A stretch of DNA of 64,000 bases from Candidatus Levybacteria bacterium RIFCSPHIGHO2_02_FULL_40_18. GTDB taxonomy: Bacteria > Patescibacteriota > Microgenomatia > Levybacterales > GWA1-39-11. Under the pieces are notes generated by a model that had not been told where the DNA came from, searched no databases, and saw only the letters and a program-made list of their open reading frames with translations. Shown piece by piece: positions 28,296 through 37,468 of this stretch. Location of the stretch: positions 13,094-77,093 of the forward strand of contig MFOC01000007.1 of NCBI GenBank assembly GCA_001782235.1, written 5' to 3'. The stretch's first letter is position 1, and the number at the start of each line of letters is the position of its first letter. A program made the position numbers and the translations under genes.

Positions 28296-29168
28296 TTATA
28301 GTTCGAGGAGGTTAGTACTCTCGCCCTTTTTGGAGTCTTTGATATACTGCAGGTATCGCTCGGTTGAGGAAAGTCTTTTGTGTCCCAATACCTTTGACAG
28401 GAAAACCATAGAAATCCCATGTTTCAGATGGTGGGCGACAAAAGTATGCCTAAGATCATTTATCTTCGCACTCTCAATTCCTGCTCTCTTAAAATACCGC
28501 TCAATTGCGTCTCTAATATTTCTTACCAAGAAGGGCCTGCCGGTTTTTGTAACAAAAAAGTGGTCATTTGCGCTTTGAGGCCTTGCGGACAAATATCTTT
28601 TTAGCGCATCTTTTGCTCGTTTATTTAACGGTACTGTTCTTTGGGGGTGGCCTTCATAAGGCCGGACCGTAAGAACGCTATCTGAGACATCTTCCACCCT
28701 AATATTTGCTAGTTCTCCAATTCTAATGCCTGTTTGAAGCAGAACCTCGACAATCGCGTAAATTCTTGGATCTCCTGAGGCAGCATCTCTTAATGCCCTA
28801 TATTCAAGGGGGGACAAAATCCTGGGAGGATTTAACTCATATTTTGGATGTTTGACCAGAAGCGAGGGATCGTCTGTAATGTATTCACTGACCTTCAGGA
28901 ACCTATAGAAGGTTCTTGTAGAGTTAAGTTTTCTTGAAACAGACTTTGGTGTATATCCCCGGGACTCCATTGAGGCAAGAAAGGCCGCAATATCATCGCT
29001 TGTCACCTCATGAATGTGCTCACGTTTTAATTCCTCAAGAAATGATATAAGTTGGTCAATATCTTTACCGTATGCTAAGATAGTGGCAGAGGCCTTATTT
29101 TTGGACCTAAGAAAGCCCTCAAATTTTGCCTTTGCTTCTCTTATTTTTATGGGATTCATAAAATTCAA
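28296..29168 (-). CDS. Tyrosine site-specific recombinase (XerC/XerD / phage-integrase family)
   Basis: N-terminal SAM-like domain; C-terminal catalytic residues in conserved order (…GIRIGELANIR…, HTFVAHHL, LGHKRLSSTERYLQY). 290 aa. Confidence 0.8.
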   Translation of the reverse strand: MNFMNPIKIREAKAKFEGFLRSKNKASATILAYGKDIDQLISFLEELKREHIHEVTSDDIAAFLASMESRGYTPKSVSRKLNSTRTFYRFLKVSEYITDDPSLLVKHPKYELNPPRILSPLEYRALRDAASGDPRIYAIVEVLLQTGIRIGELANIRVEDVSDSVLTVRPYEGHPQRTVPLNKRAKDALKRYLSARPQSANDHFFVTKTGRPFLVRNIRDAIERYFKRAGIESAKINDLRHTFVAHHLKHGISMVFLSKVLGHKRLSSTERYLQYIKDSKKGESTNLLEL

Positions 29169-29245
29169 TAAAGCCTATAATATCAACAGGAAGTATATTT
29201 GTCAATCCCGAGTATTAACCGGGGATTGACCCTTCCACTTTCACA

Positions 29246-29581
29246 ATGAAAAAAATCCTGCCCGTAATTGCTATTATTATTTTGCTGATTGTTATTAAAA
29301 ATAACATATCCGGAATTTTTAAAACGCTTGAAGATGAAAATACTGCCGGAAATCTTAAAGAGAAACTGAGCGAGGAACAAAGGGAAAACCTGTTTTTGAA
29401 AGAACGGCTGTTTTACGTTAAAACAAATCAATTTGTTGAGGAAGAAGCTCGGGAGAAGCTTTTGATGAATAGGCCTGGAGAATATGTGGTGATTGCACCT
29501 ACTTCTGCCCCGCTCAACCGCGAAAAAATCGAAGTTGAAACCCGCCCCAACTGGCAAAAATGGTTCGAACTATTTTTCTAA
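29246..29581 (+). CDS. Cell division protein FtsB/DivIC family (septum formation initiator)
   Basis: N-terminal TM helix, coiled coil, and the hallmark EEEAREKLLMNRPGEYVV motif. Confidence 0.6.
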   Translation: MKKILPVIAIIILLIVIKNNISGIFKTLEDENTAGNLKEKLSEEQRENLFLKERLFYVKTNQFVEEEAREKLLMNRPGEYVVIAPTSAPLNREKIEVETRPNWQKWFELFF

Positions 29582-30007
29582 TTTATCTCTATATAGCCTT
29601 ACGAATTCGGGCCACTGAGAATGCATCGGCGAAGGCAACATCTTAAACGTAAACCATCCTAGTCTTTCATGCCTCTTAGGGTCTCCATTCTTTACCTTTT
29701 TTGGATCAATTCGAACCTTGTAATCAAATGCTATCCAGTGTGTTTTTCTTCCTTTTTCATCCTTTCGATGAACATCACGAAATCCTAAAAATTCAGCTTC
29801 GATAATATCAGTACAATACTCTTCCCGAATCTCCCGTGCAAGTGTTTTGAGAATTGGCTCTCCAAAATTCACTCCCCCACCCCCAGGATCCCATTTTCCA
29901 TGCTCATCCCGAGCCTTATTTGTTCGCTTTGCAAGAAGAAAATTACCATCCCCATCATGGCAAAAGAATACAACTCCAACCCCAACATGATCCACACCTT
30001 TTCTCAC
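29570..30007 (-). CDS. NUDIX hydrolase
   Basis: GGGGVNFGEPILKTLAREIREEYC Nudix box. Confidence 0.7.
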   Translation of the reverse strand: MRKGVDHVGVGVVFFCHDGDGNFLLAKRTNKARDEHGKWDPGGGGVNFGEPILKTLAREIREEYCTDIIEAEFLGFRDVHRKDEKGRKTHWIAFDYKVRIDPKKVKNGDPKRHERLGWFTFKMLPSPMHSQWPEFVRLYRDKLEK

Positions 30008-30102
30008 AAGTCCGATTATAGCAAATGTGTTGCCTGCCCTGAAGAATTTGAAGGGCGGAGATTGGAGGAAATTAGAAAGAATTTCCTGAAGAAAATTTGA
30101 GG

Positions 30103-30357
30103 CTAAATTTTGAGTTTTAAAATTTTTATTTTCTTTTCTCTACTCCAGCCTTTGATTCGACTTTCCCGTTTTAAAGCAGCGGATTTTGATTCGAGTCGTT
30201 CGGTATAGACTAGTTTAATTGGCTTATGCGAGCGTGTGTATCTACCACCTTTGCCATTCTTATGATCTTTGAACCGTGCTTGCGGATTATTCGACGACCC
30301 AGTATAAAGACTGTCATCAGAACATAAAAGAATGTATACAAACCACATCTCTTTCAA
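30103..30357 (-). CDS. GIY-YIG nuclease family small protein
   Basis: WFVYILLCSDDSLYTGSSNN…RFKDH in an ~84-aa UPF0213-like protein. Confidence 0.75.
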   Translation of the reverse strand: MKEMWFVYILLCSDDSLYTGSSNNPQARFKDHKNGKGGRYTRSHKPIKLVYTERLESKSAALKRESRIKGWSREKKIKILKLKI

Positions 30358-30436
30358 TTGTAACTCGAAAGTGGTATAATTTTTGAACGTAAAACGTGCG
30401 GGGTAGTGTAAAGCTGCACAGGAGGCTCATAATCTC

Positions 30437-32173
30437 CTAGACAAGGTGCGATTCCTTGCTCCGCAACACAGTAGGAATTGAGGCATACTTTTCTTCAAAT
30501 TGTGCCCGTAATTCAGCCTCTTTCTCAGGTGCGACCCTTTCCGCAATCACCGGAGATTCTTTTCTCATTCTTGCAATCGCTCCAATGTATTTTGGACTGT
30601 CAAATATAACCTTTTTATCCATAAGTGTTAGGTGCAACCCTAATCCCATAAAAATATCCCGTTTCACTTTAATATCCGGAAGGGCAAATCTCGCTCTAGC
30701 TCTTGCTACAAAATTGAAAGCGCTGGCAGTATCGTTATTGGATTGAATCATCTGCTCATCAAAGTTGCCGAGTTGCTTCTCAATAGCCTTTAATTCGCTC
30801 TCTAGTGCCTCTTTTTGCTCTTTGTATTGTTCGTCTGATAAAAGACTGCTATCAGCATTTGTTGGCGATATTTTAAGCTGTAAGAGGTTGTTCAGTTTTA
30901 TCCTGCAGGAATCGTGTGCCTTTTTAATACCTTTAACTGCTTCTTCCTCAAAATCCTTATTTGCTTCGTTCATTTTGCGAATTTGTTTTATTGCCCAATT
31001 CATAAAAAGAGGGGAAATTTCAACCTGTGAAAGCCTGTTGTCTATTTGTTCCTCAAGGTTATCTACTCTGACTGCGCGCTGTAAGCACGCAGAATTTTTC
31101 TTTCTTCCACACCTGTAATAAACATAGTGAAGTATTTTAGGATTATTCATGTTCTCAATAATTGTTCCACAATCCGTGCATTTATCCTTGTTCTTTTGGG
31201 TAAGGGAAAACTTTGTCTTACAGCTTGAGCAGATACATTGCCATTTTTGTTCAGCTACTATTCCTGAATTACAGAACCCGCAGCGCATAAGGGCATTGAA
31301 AGCATAATCATTATGTTTGAGCTTGTATTGACTCCTACCACCCAACTTCATTTGAATTTCATTAAAAACTTCCTCACTCACGGCTTTTTCATGGCCGCCT
31401 TCATACCATTTCCCACTCCCCAAGGGATATTCAAACTTTCCGCAGTAGAAGGGGTTAGTCAAAATAAAATATATCATAGATAGAGAAAGTGGCTTGCCGC
31501 CTATTCTCTTGTGTTGCCTAGTTTTAAAATGCCATTCTTCATCCGCGATTCTGTGAATTTCAATCGCAGGCGTCCCGGAATGAAATAGCTCAAAAATCTT
31601 TTTTACGTATGGCATACGCTCCGGGTCTGTGGGTATTTTCCTTAATCCGCTTTCGGTTGCTTTGTCATTCAAATATCCTTGTGGGGCTACTCCCGGTCTC
31701 CATCCGTTGCGCGCTTTTCCTTCCAAACCCCTACTTACGACGATACTTTTATCATCACTGTCTTTCTTAGACATTCCAAATTCAAGGGCTAACATAAATT
31801 TATCTTCCGGCGTGTTGCGATATGCACGAGAAGGGGTGCGGATTTCAATAAGTTTTCCTTCGTCCATTAGGTATAATAGTTGTCCTGCGTCAAGAGAGTT
31901 GCGGCATAGTCGGTTAGGATGCCATGTTAATATTGCATTTGCTTCACCTTTCTCTATTCTTTGAAGCATAAGGTTAAAAAGGGGTCTACCTGTCTTAAAA
32001 GCTGATTGGGATTCTTGTAAAACATCAACTACTGAAAGATTTTGTTTCGTTCGGACTCCCTCAATAATGTAAAGTTGGTCAGGTAAAGAGGCGGCTTGTC
32101 TCTCGCGGTTGTCTTCGGAAGATTTACGGGCGTAGCCTATATATTTCAATCTCAATTGTTCATTCATCTTCAT
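30437..32173 (-). CDS. Large serine recombinase (resolvase/invertase catalytic domain + recombinase domain + zinc ribbon)
   Basis: N-terminal YIGYARKSSEDNRERQAASLPDQ (catalytic Ser), recombinase domain, Cys-rich zinc ribbon (CGFCNSG…CSSC, CTDCG), and a C-terminal coiled coil. Confidence 0.85.
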   Translation of the reverse strand: MKMNEQLRLKYIGYARKSSEDNRERQAASLPDQLYIIEGVRTKQNLSVVDVLQESQSAFKTGRPLFNLMLQRIEKGEANAILTWHPNRLCRNSLDAGQLLYLMDEGKLIEIRTPSRAYRNTPEDKFMLALEFGMSKKDSDDKSIVVSRGLEGKARNGWRPGVAPQGYLNDKATESGLRKIPTDPERMPYVKKIFELFHSGTPAIEIHRIADEEWHFKTRQHKRIGGKPLSLSMIYFILTNPFYCGKFEYPLGSGKWYEGGHEKAVSEEVFNEIQMKLGGRSQYKLKHNDYAFNALMRCGFCNSGIVAEQKWQCICSSCKTKFSLTQKNKDKCTDCGTIIENMNNPKILHYVYYRCGRKKNSACLQRAVRVDNLEEQIDNRLSQVEISPLFMNWAIKQIRKMNEANKDFEEEAVKGIKKAHDSCRIKLNNLLQLKISPTNADSSLLSDEQYKEQKEALESELKAIEKQLGNFDEQMIQSNNDTASAFNFVARARARFALPDIKVKRDIFMGLGLHLTLMDKKVIFDSPKYIGAIARMRKESPVIAERVAPEKEAELRAQFEEKYASIPTVLRSKESHLV

Positions 32174-32351
32174 CTTTTTTTATTTTATACACTAAGTTTA
32201 ACTTTTGGCAAGTTGTCGCCGTAAATAGCTTTTATAAACTTTATAAGCTTTGTTGCAAGCCCTACAGCTTCTTGATCGTTTAATTCTTCTCCATACTCTT
32301 TCAGGTATAACTCTTTAAATTCGGCAACAGCTTGAGGGTCTAATTGCACAG

Positions 32352-32888
32352 TTATTCCCTCTCCCTTTCTGTATCCTCTTGGAAACTACTATCAAAAGAA
32401 CCTAAATCAACCCTAGAAGAACGATAAAGCCTTTGGGGGGTATTCCGATCTCGTTTCTCTTGCGAAATTGCATATTTCTCTTGCAATTCTGCATTAATCC
32501 TATACATATCTGCATAAAGGTCGTGCGGATTTGCATAATCTTTATCATACATTTTGTCAGCGACGTCGGTCAGAAAAAGAGGTAAATAGCCTAGAAGTAT
32601 GTATCGTTTGTGTTTAATTGCATACTTTCTGTCTTTGGCTTCTAGCTTATCAAGTCCTCTTGAGAGTTTGCTTTGGCTAATATTGAGAAGGGCAGCTATT
32701 TCCGTCTGCGTCCCAACAACATGGCCAAATTGATTTGGATACTTCCTGTCCCACCTTGCGTCAATCACTAACGCTATGTAGAGACTAAACAGGTGATAGC
32801 CAATATCCTGTCTAAGCATTTTAGAATGTCTTGGTAGCGCTAGATAGCCATGATACCGTTTAGCTTCATCTTTATTCATATTCATCAC
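32352..32888 (-). CDS. Hypothetical protein with a putative HTH
   Basis: EIAALLNISQSKLSRGLDKL is HTH-like. Confidence 0.3.
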   Translation of the reverse strand: MMNMNKDEAKRYHGYLALPRHSKMLRQDIGYHLFSLYIALVIDARWDRKYPNQFGHVVGTQTEIAALLNISQSKLSRGLDKLEAKDRKYAIKHKRYILLGYLPLFLTDVADKMYDKDYANPHDLYADMYRINAELQEKYAISQEKRDRNTPQRLYRSSRVDLGSFDSSFQEDTERERE

Positions 32889-32900
32889 TCCATTGCATAT

Positions 32901-33155
32901 TTATCGCCTTGCAAATAGGCGGTCTTTTAGTGTTTTGATTGAGGTTGCGTATTCTTTGGCGTCAACTTGAAGTTCGCCTGCCCAATAAGCATTAGAGGAG
33001 TGTTCGCAGGAGTTCTTGTCAGCAAATACGAACCAATAGAAGTTTTGCTCTTGCTCTAGCCGGAGTAGTTTTGCCCCTTTGGCTGTCAAGGCGGCCGCTT
33101 CTGATAAATCCTTTGTTCTATAAATATCTTTTCCCCCTACATCCCCATTTTCCAT
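32901..33155 (-). CDS. Small hypothetical protein (possibly DUF5659-like)
   Basis: 84 aa; YRTKDLSEAAALTAKGAKLL… pattern recalled as recombinase-associated; weak. Confidence 0.25.
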   Translation of the reverse strand: MENGDVGGKDIYRTKDLSEAAALTAKGAKLLRLEQEQNFYWFVFADKNSCEHSSNAYWAGELQVDAKEYATSIKTLKDRLFARR

Positions 33156-33222
33156 ATAAAAAGACTAAATGCTATGCTTGGGCTAATCATAAAGGATGAG
33201 GCGGATTGAATATAAGAGACGG

Positions 33223-33891
33223 TTAAGGACTTGCTAAATGTCCCCCTGAATTTAAGAAGGCTTTATATCTTTTAATCTGTTTCTTTACATTGTCTACAAA
33301 TGCTCTCGGATCAATTGCTCCTCTGTATGGCGTTCCTGTCGCGATCTGCAGGAGTTTTGCCCCACTTTTCCTTAACCAATACCATTCTCGATCCCTTTTT
33401 ATTTCCTGCTTGGTATCTCCCTTATAAGCACTTTCTAATGGAAGATAAATATTTGAAACTGTATATAACCAATCTCCGTATTTAAAATTTTTCTTTGAGA
33501 TTTCAGACTCGTTTAGATCTTCATTCCTTACCTCTCCGCATACCAATGCTCGTAAAATAAGATCATATAGCGATGGTGAAATGCCGAGCCTTTTTAATAA
33601 TTGCTCAGCCTCGAACTCAACAGGATCCAAATATGCAATCTCGCGTTCTTTGGATGGATCATCTCCTAAATTGTCTTTTGCTTCATAGAGAATCGAAGCG
33701 GCATGCGAACTTAATGGGAAGTCATGGTATGATTCGCGCCATGAATGATACTTATCATAGGGAATCAGACCCTTATTGAGCCTCCAACACTGTCTGATTT
33801 CAATGAAGCTGTTAAGAAGTTTATCCTGATCGAGGATAAATGCAACTCCTGCAAATGTCTTTAAATCGTCAATCTCAATATCAATCTCCAT
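33223..33891 (-). CDS. Hypothetical protein
   Basis: 222-aa ORF, divergent from the next gene; no recognised motif. Confidence 0.35.
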   Translation of the reverse strand: MEIDIEIDDLKTFAGVAFILDQDKLLNSFIEIRQCWRLNKGLIPYDKYHSWRESYHDFPLSSHAASILYEAKDNLGDDPSKEREIAYLDPVEFEAEQLLKRLGISPSLYDLILRALVCGEVRNEDLNESEISKKNFKYGDWLYTVSNIYLPLESAYKGDTKQEIKRDREWYWLRKSGAKLLQIATGTPYRGAIDPRAFVDNVKKQIKRYKAFLNSGGHLASP

Positions 33892-34407
33892 TTGAGGACA
33901 TTCTACACAAAACCCCTACTCGGTTGCCACCTGTGGGCCGCGAGGATGCCCTGTGGCAAGAGATTATATGAGGTTTTAGGAAATACCCCGACTTGCAAAC
34001 GGGTTTATAATATAAATATGGAAAATTCAGTGGTAGCCGTCCCTATTGGTAGGCCGGCATTGAGTAACGATGACATAAACCTCATTTTCCGCAAATTAGA
34101 GCCACACTTAAAGATGGGATTGTCTATCAATAGAGCTTGTTATAAAGCCTCGATTCCAAAATCTACAGTCTATGATTTATACAATGAAAATAGTCAATTT
34201 GCGGAAAGAATCGATACTGCTCGAAATTACTTTACAGACTTAATAAATAACATAATACATACTGAATTATTAGACATAGTTGAGTTTCAAAAGATTAGCT
34301 TGGGCCCTTTAAATACAGATGAGAAAAAGTTCATACTATGGATTGCCGCAAATAGCAACGCCATGAAAGAGTATTATTGCTCCAACATCCAAAAGATAGA
34401 TGAGTAA
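33892..34407 (+). CDS. Hypothetical protein (possible HTH; the true start may be the internal Met near 34018)
   Basis: LSINRACYKASIPKSTVYD is HTH-like. Confidence 0.35.
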   Translation: MRTFYTKPLLGCHLWAARMPCGKRLYEVLGNTPTCKRVYNINMENSVVAVPIGRPALSNDDINLIFRKLEPHLKMGLSINRACYKASIPKSTVYDLYNENSQFAERIDTARNYFTDLINNIIHTELLDIVEFQKISLGPLNTDEKKFILWIAANSNAMKEYYCSNIQKIDE

Positions 34408-34728
34408 TTTATAAAATCAGCTTCAAAGTGGCTCAGAAAACTCGGGTCTTCACCTTTTAAATGGCTCCACAAACTCTACAAATCTCTTTTTAATGGCTCT
34501 AAAAACTCCAATTGACCAAGAATGCTATAATCAAGCTATAATTTGATTGCCTAAACTCACAGTAATGTGGGCATGGCACAAAAACCTTCGCAGAATTAAG
34601 CTCGTCGTCAGAGCATCTGCGAAGGTTGTCGCCCGAAAGGACGGCAGGTGGGGCAACCCATCGTTGGCGGCGAGCTTTGCTATTGTTCGCCTCCAACAAA
34701 ACCTAAACTGTCGAGGGAGGTGAAAAAT

Positions 34729-35172
34729 ATGGGTAAATTAAAATTAGCAGGAATTATTTTTGTAGCATTTATTATCGGCGTATTCGTTGGTATTTCAGGA
34801 AACGGTAGGAGTTCTACTACAAATAGTCAGGAGATAAAACAATCTACAAGCACCAATAGTCCTGCCCCATCAGAAGAAGCAAAAGATACGGGTAAAGTTG
34901 AGGTCAAAAGCCAATCGAAAAAGATATCATCAATTGGATATATGGAAATAGTCGGTGAAGTAGTAAACAATACAGATAGACCTGTGTCATCTATCAAAAT
35001 AACAGCAACCTACTATGATGAGGAAGGTAAAGTCATAGGGACGAGCTTCTCTTATGCAGGGGACACATCAGATACGCCGCTTGCGGTTGGAGCGACAGCT
35101 CCATTTGAGGTAAGCAGCTATCCGGATAAAATAGATACTGACAACTATAAACTTGATGTTAATTGGAATTGA
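34729..35172 (+). CDS. Hypothetical secreted/membrane-anchored protein
   Basis: MGKLKLAGIIFVAFIIGVFVGISG signal-anchor, then a Ser/Thr-rich linker and a beta-rich domain. Start taken at the Met with a GGGAGGTG SD. Confidence 0.4.
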   Translation: MGKLKLAGIIFVAFIIGVFVGISGNGRSSTTNSQEIKQSTSTNSPAPSEEAKDTGKVEVKSQSKKISSIGYMEIVGEVVNNTDRPVSSIKITATYYDEEGKVIGTSFSYAGDTSDTPLAVGATAPFEVSSYPDKIDTDNYKLDVNWN

Positions 35173-35239
35173 TTCCTTTTTTGTTTTTTGGTCAGTTGCT
35201 TTTATGAGTCAAGCTCTACATTAAGTAGGAAAATCTTAT

Positions 35240-36007
35240 GTGGTATATTCTCGTCCTATAGGTATGATTAAAGCGTTAGTCGTCATTTTAGCTTTTCTTG
35301 CATTTCTTATATCCCTTACTCCTACTTCTCATGCGGCATATAAAGAAACTGAAATGGACAAGAAAAAGCTTTTCAAGATAGTGAGTATTACTGATGGCGA
35401 TACAATTACTGCAAGTATTCGCAGAAAAAATGAGAGTTTAAGGTTGCTCGGAATTGATACTCCTGAAAGCGTTGATCCAAGAAAGCCGGTTCAGTGTTTT
35501 GCGAAAGAGGCCACAAACAAAATGAAAGCATTTGTTTTAGGCAAGTTTGTAAAGTTGGTTGACGATCCAACGCAGGGGAATAGAGATAAATATTCAAGAC
35601 TTCTCCGTTATGTTTATTTGCCTGACAGCAAAGCGACTTTTGTAAATGGAGAGATGGTTAAACAAGGGTATGCTTTCTCCTACAGACAATACCCGACAAA
35701 AATGCTCGAGAAGTTCAATGCTTTTGAAAAATACGCACGAGAACATAATTTGGGCTTGTGGGGTTCATGTCCTATAAACGTGAACCCGTCAGCAACACTT
35801 AAACCTGTAAGAACTACAAACCTACCTGTTCAAAATCAACGACCATCACAGTCAGGACCAACTTATACCGGAGGAGACAAGGATTGTTCTGATTTTGCGA
35901 CACACGCGGAAGCTCAAACCTTCTTTATTTCACAGGGCGGGCCGGCAAGCGACCCTCACAGACTTGATGCAGACCATGACGGTCTTGCTTGTGAAACTCT
36001 ACCCTAA
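35240..36007 (+). CDS. Secreted thermonuclease (SNase-like) with a C-terminal Excalibur calcium-binding domain
   Basis: Signal-anchor; SITDGDTITA…LGIDTPES; YVYLPDSKATFVNGEMVKQGYA; C-terminal DADHDGLACE Excalibur motif. Confidence 0.7.
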   Translation: MVYSRPIGMIKALVVILAFLAFLISLTPTSHAAYKETEMDKKKLFKIVSITDGDTITASIRRKNESLRLLGIDTPESVDPRKPVQCFAKEATNKMKAFVLGKFVKLVDDPTQGNRDKYSRLLRYVYLPDSKATFVNGEMVKQGYAFSYRQYPTKMLEKFNAFEKYAREHNLGLWGSCPINVNPSATLKPVRTTNLPVQNQRPSQSGPTYTGGDKDCSDFATHAEAQTFFISQGGPASDPHRLDADHDGLACETLP

Positions 36008-36074
36008 ATCTATTTAGGTTAAAAGTTGAGGTAAAACAATCTCAATGTATGACGCCTCTATTAAAATAAGCGCC

Positions 36075-36896
36075 CTATGTAAAACTATTGTTTAAAAAGA
36101 ATTCTCGTATATCAAACACTCTTTTTGAATAATCAACAAACATCTGTATATTGTGTAAAGCGACCTTTCTCACAGGCATATTCCCGGTAGGATGTCCTGC
36201 TTGATTTCTGTTAACACGGATGAAATTGAAAATTCCATCAAGATATGTATCAAGATCTTGTTTAAGGTCTGTAGGAATTTGGTTTAGAAAGTGAGATAGC
36301 TCTGCTTTGAAGATTGTATATTGAGAGGTAATCCATTTATCTCTTATTCGATTTTGGAAAGAAGATCGTCTAGTCGTATTTGGAAGCGCTTGAGCAAAAG
36401 ATTCGATTAGAAGGAGGACTACATTTTCAGATGCAACACCAAGAGTAATAGCAGATGAAAGGAGCAGGTCTCGATTATATGCTGTAATTGCTTCGCCTAG
36501 ATATTTTAAAGTAATATCATCTACGCTTGCTACTTGAGCTTTATACTCCGCTAAATATCCATCAGGATCGTAAGGAAGAATTATCTCATTTTGGAAACAC
36601 TCCTCGCCGTAGCTCGTAACTGATATATACCCAAAACTTTGAGCATCCAAGTCATTTTTATTTCCAAAAGCAAGAAGTCCATTAGAAACCCATTCGTTGA
36701 TTATTTCAAGAATTATTGGGTTAGTTTTTGCTTCTTCGAGGTGATTATATTCGGGCATCATATTCCTAAACAAATCCCTGACGGATTGAATAAGCGTCTG
36801 CCCTTTATAATTACATACCGATTGAAAATCGTCAGAGGAGCACTTTTTAAAGAAAGTGAACATGTGTGTTCTTATCTCGTCTCTCGTCATACTCAA
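36075..36896 (-). CDS. Hypothetical protein with an Rx4H motif (HEPN-like; possible Abi-type defence protein)
   Basis: RVNRNQAGHPTG contains R-x4-H. Otherwise alpha-helical and acidic; no other recognised motif. Confidence 0.35.
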   Translation of the reverse strand: MSMTRDEIRTHMFTFFKKCSSDDFQSVCNYKGQTLIQSVRDLFRNMMPEYNHLEEAKTNPIILEIINEWVSNGLLAFGNKNDLDAQSFGYISVTSYGEECFQNEIILPYDPDGYLAEYKAQVASVDDITLKYLGEAITAYNRDLLLSSAITLGVASENVVLLLIESFAQALPNTTRRSSFQNRIRDKWITSQYTIFKAELSHFLNQIPTDLKQDLDTYLDGIFNFIRVNRNQAGHPTGNMPVRKVALHNIQMFVDYSKRVFDIREFFLNNSFT

Positions 36897-37147
36897 TGAT
36901 AATATTATACCTTACAAGAAAAAAGGGTAGATTATGAAATAATAGTGGTGAAATTAAGCTAATTGTGGTATAAATACAGGTGTGGTTTGGGTGAGGAAGT
37001 AGGTGCGGATTTCTTCCAACCCCCGCAACAACGAACCATTCGCTATCGCTCAGGTTCATCGCTGCGCAGCCTAAGAAGCGAGTGTGAGGCAGGAATGTAC
37101 CGGAGTCCTACGACTGGTACGTTCCAACGAAAAAAACCTCTTATCCT

Positions 37148-37411
37148 ATGAAATTCTTCTACGTCTACGTTCTCAAGAGCATTGATAAAGATTTTATTTA
37201 TGTAGGTATCACAGCAAGTCTCGAGAAACGCTTCTTCGAACACAACAACAAGGAAGAGCTTTCAACCAAACAGTACGCTCCATTTGAATTAATATTTTAC
37301 GAAGCATATCTAAACGAAAAAGATGCCAAAAGGCGAGAAGAATATTTCAAAACCACAAAAGGCAAAGTCACACTCCGCCAAATACTAAGGGAATATTTGA
37401 AAGAGACTTAG
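37148..37411 (+). CDS. GIY-YIG nuclease family small protein
   Basis: FFYVYVLKSIDKDFIYVGITASLEKRFFEHN in an 87-aa UPF0213-like protein. Confidence 0.75.
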   Translation: MKFFYVYVLKSIDKDFIYVGITASLEKRFFEHNNKEELSTKQYAPFELIFYEAYLNEKDAKRREEYFKTTKGKVTLRQILREYLKET

Positions 37412-37468
37412 GTTTTAGCTTCAAATATCACAACAGGGTCGAAATGGTTCGCGCCTTTTAAAGTAAGC

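Noticed and set aside
28296-37411. One single large island running from tRNA-Ser through the tyrosine recombinase to the right-hand GIY-YIG gene
   Set aside because: The ftsB/divIC-like and NUDIX genes between the two recombinases look host-like, and no tRNA 3'-end direct repeat was found. The mobile-element call was therefore restricted to 30103-37411.
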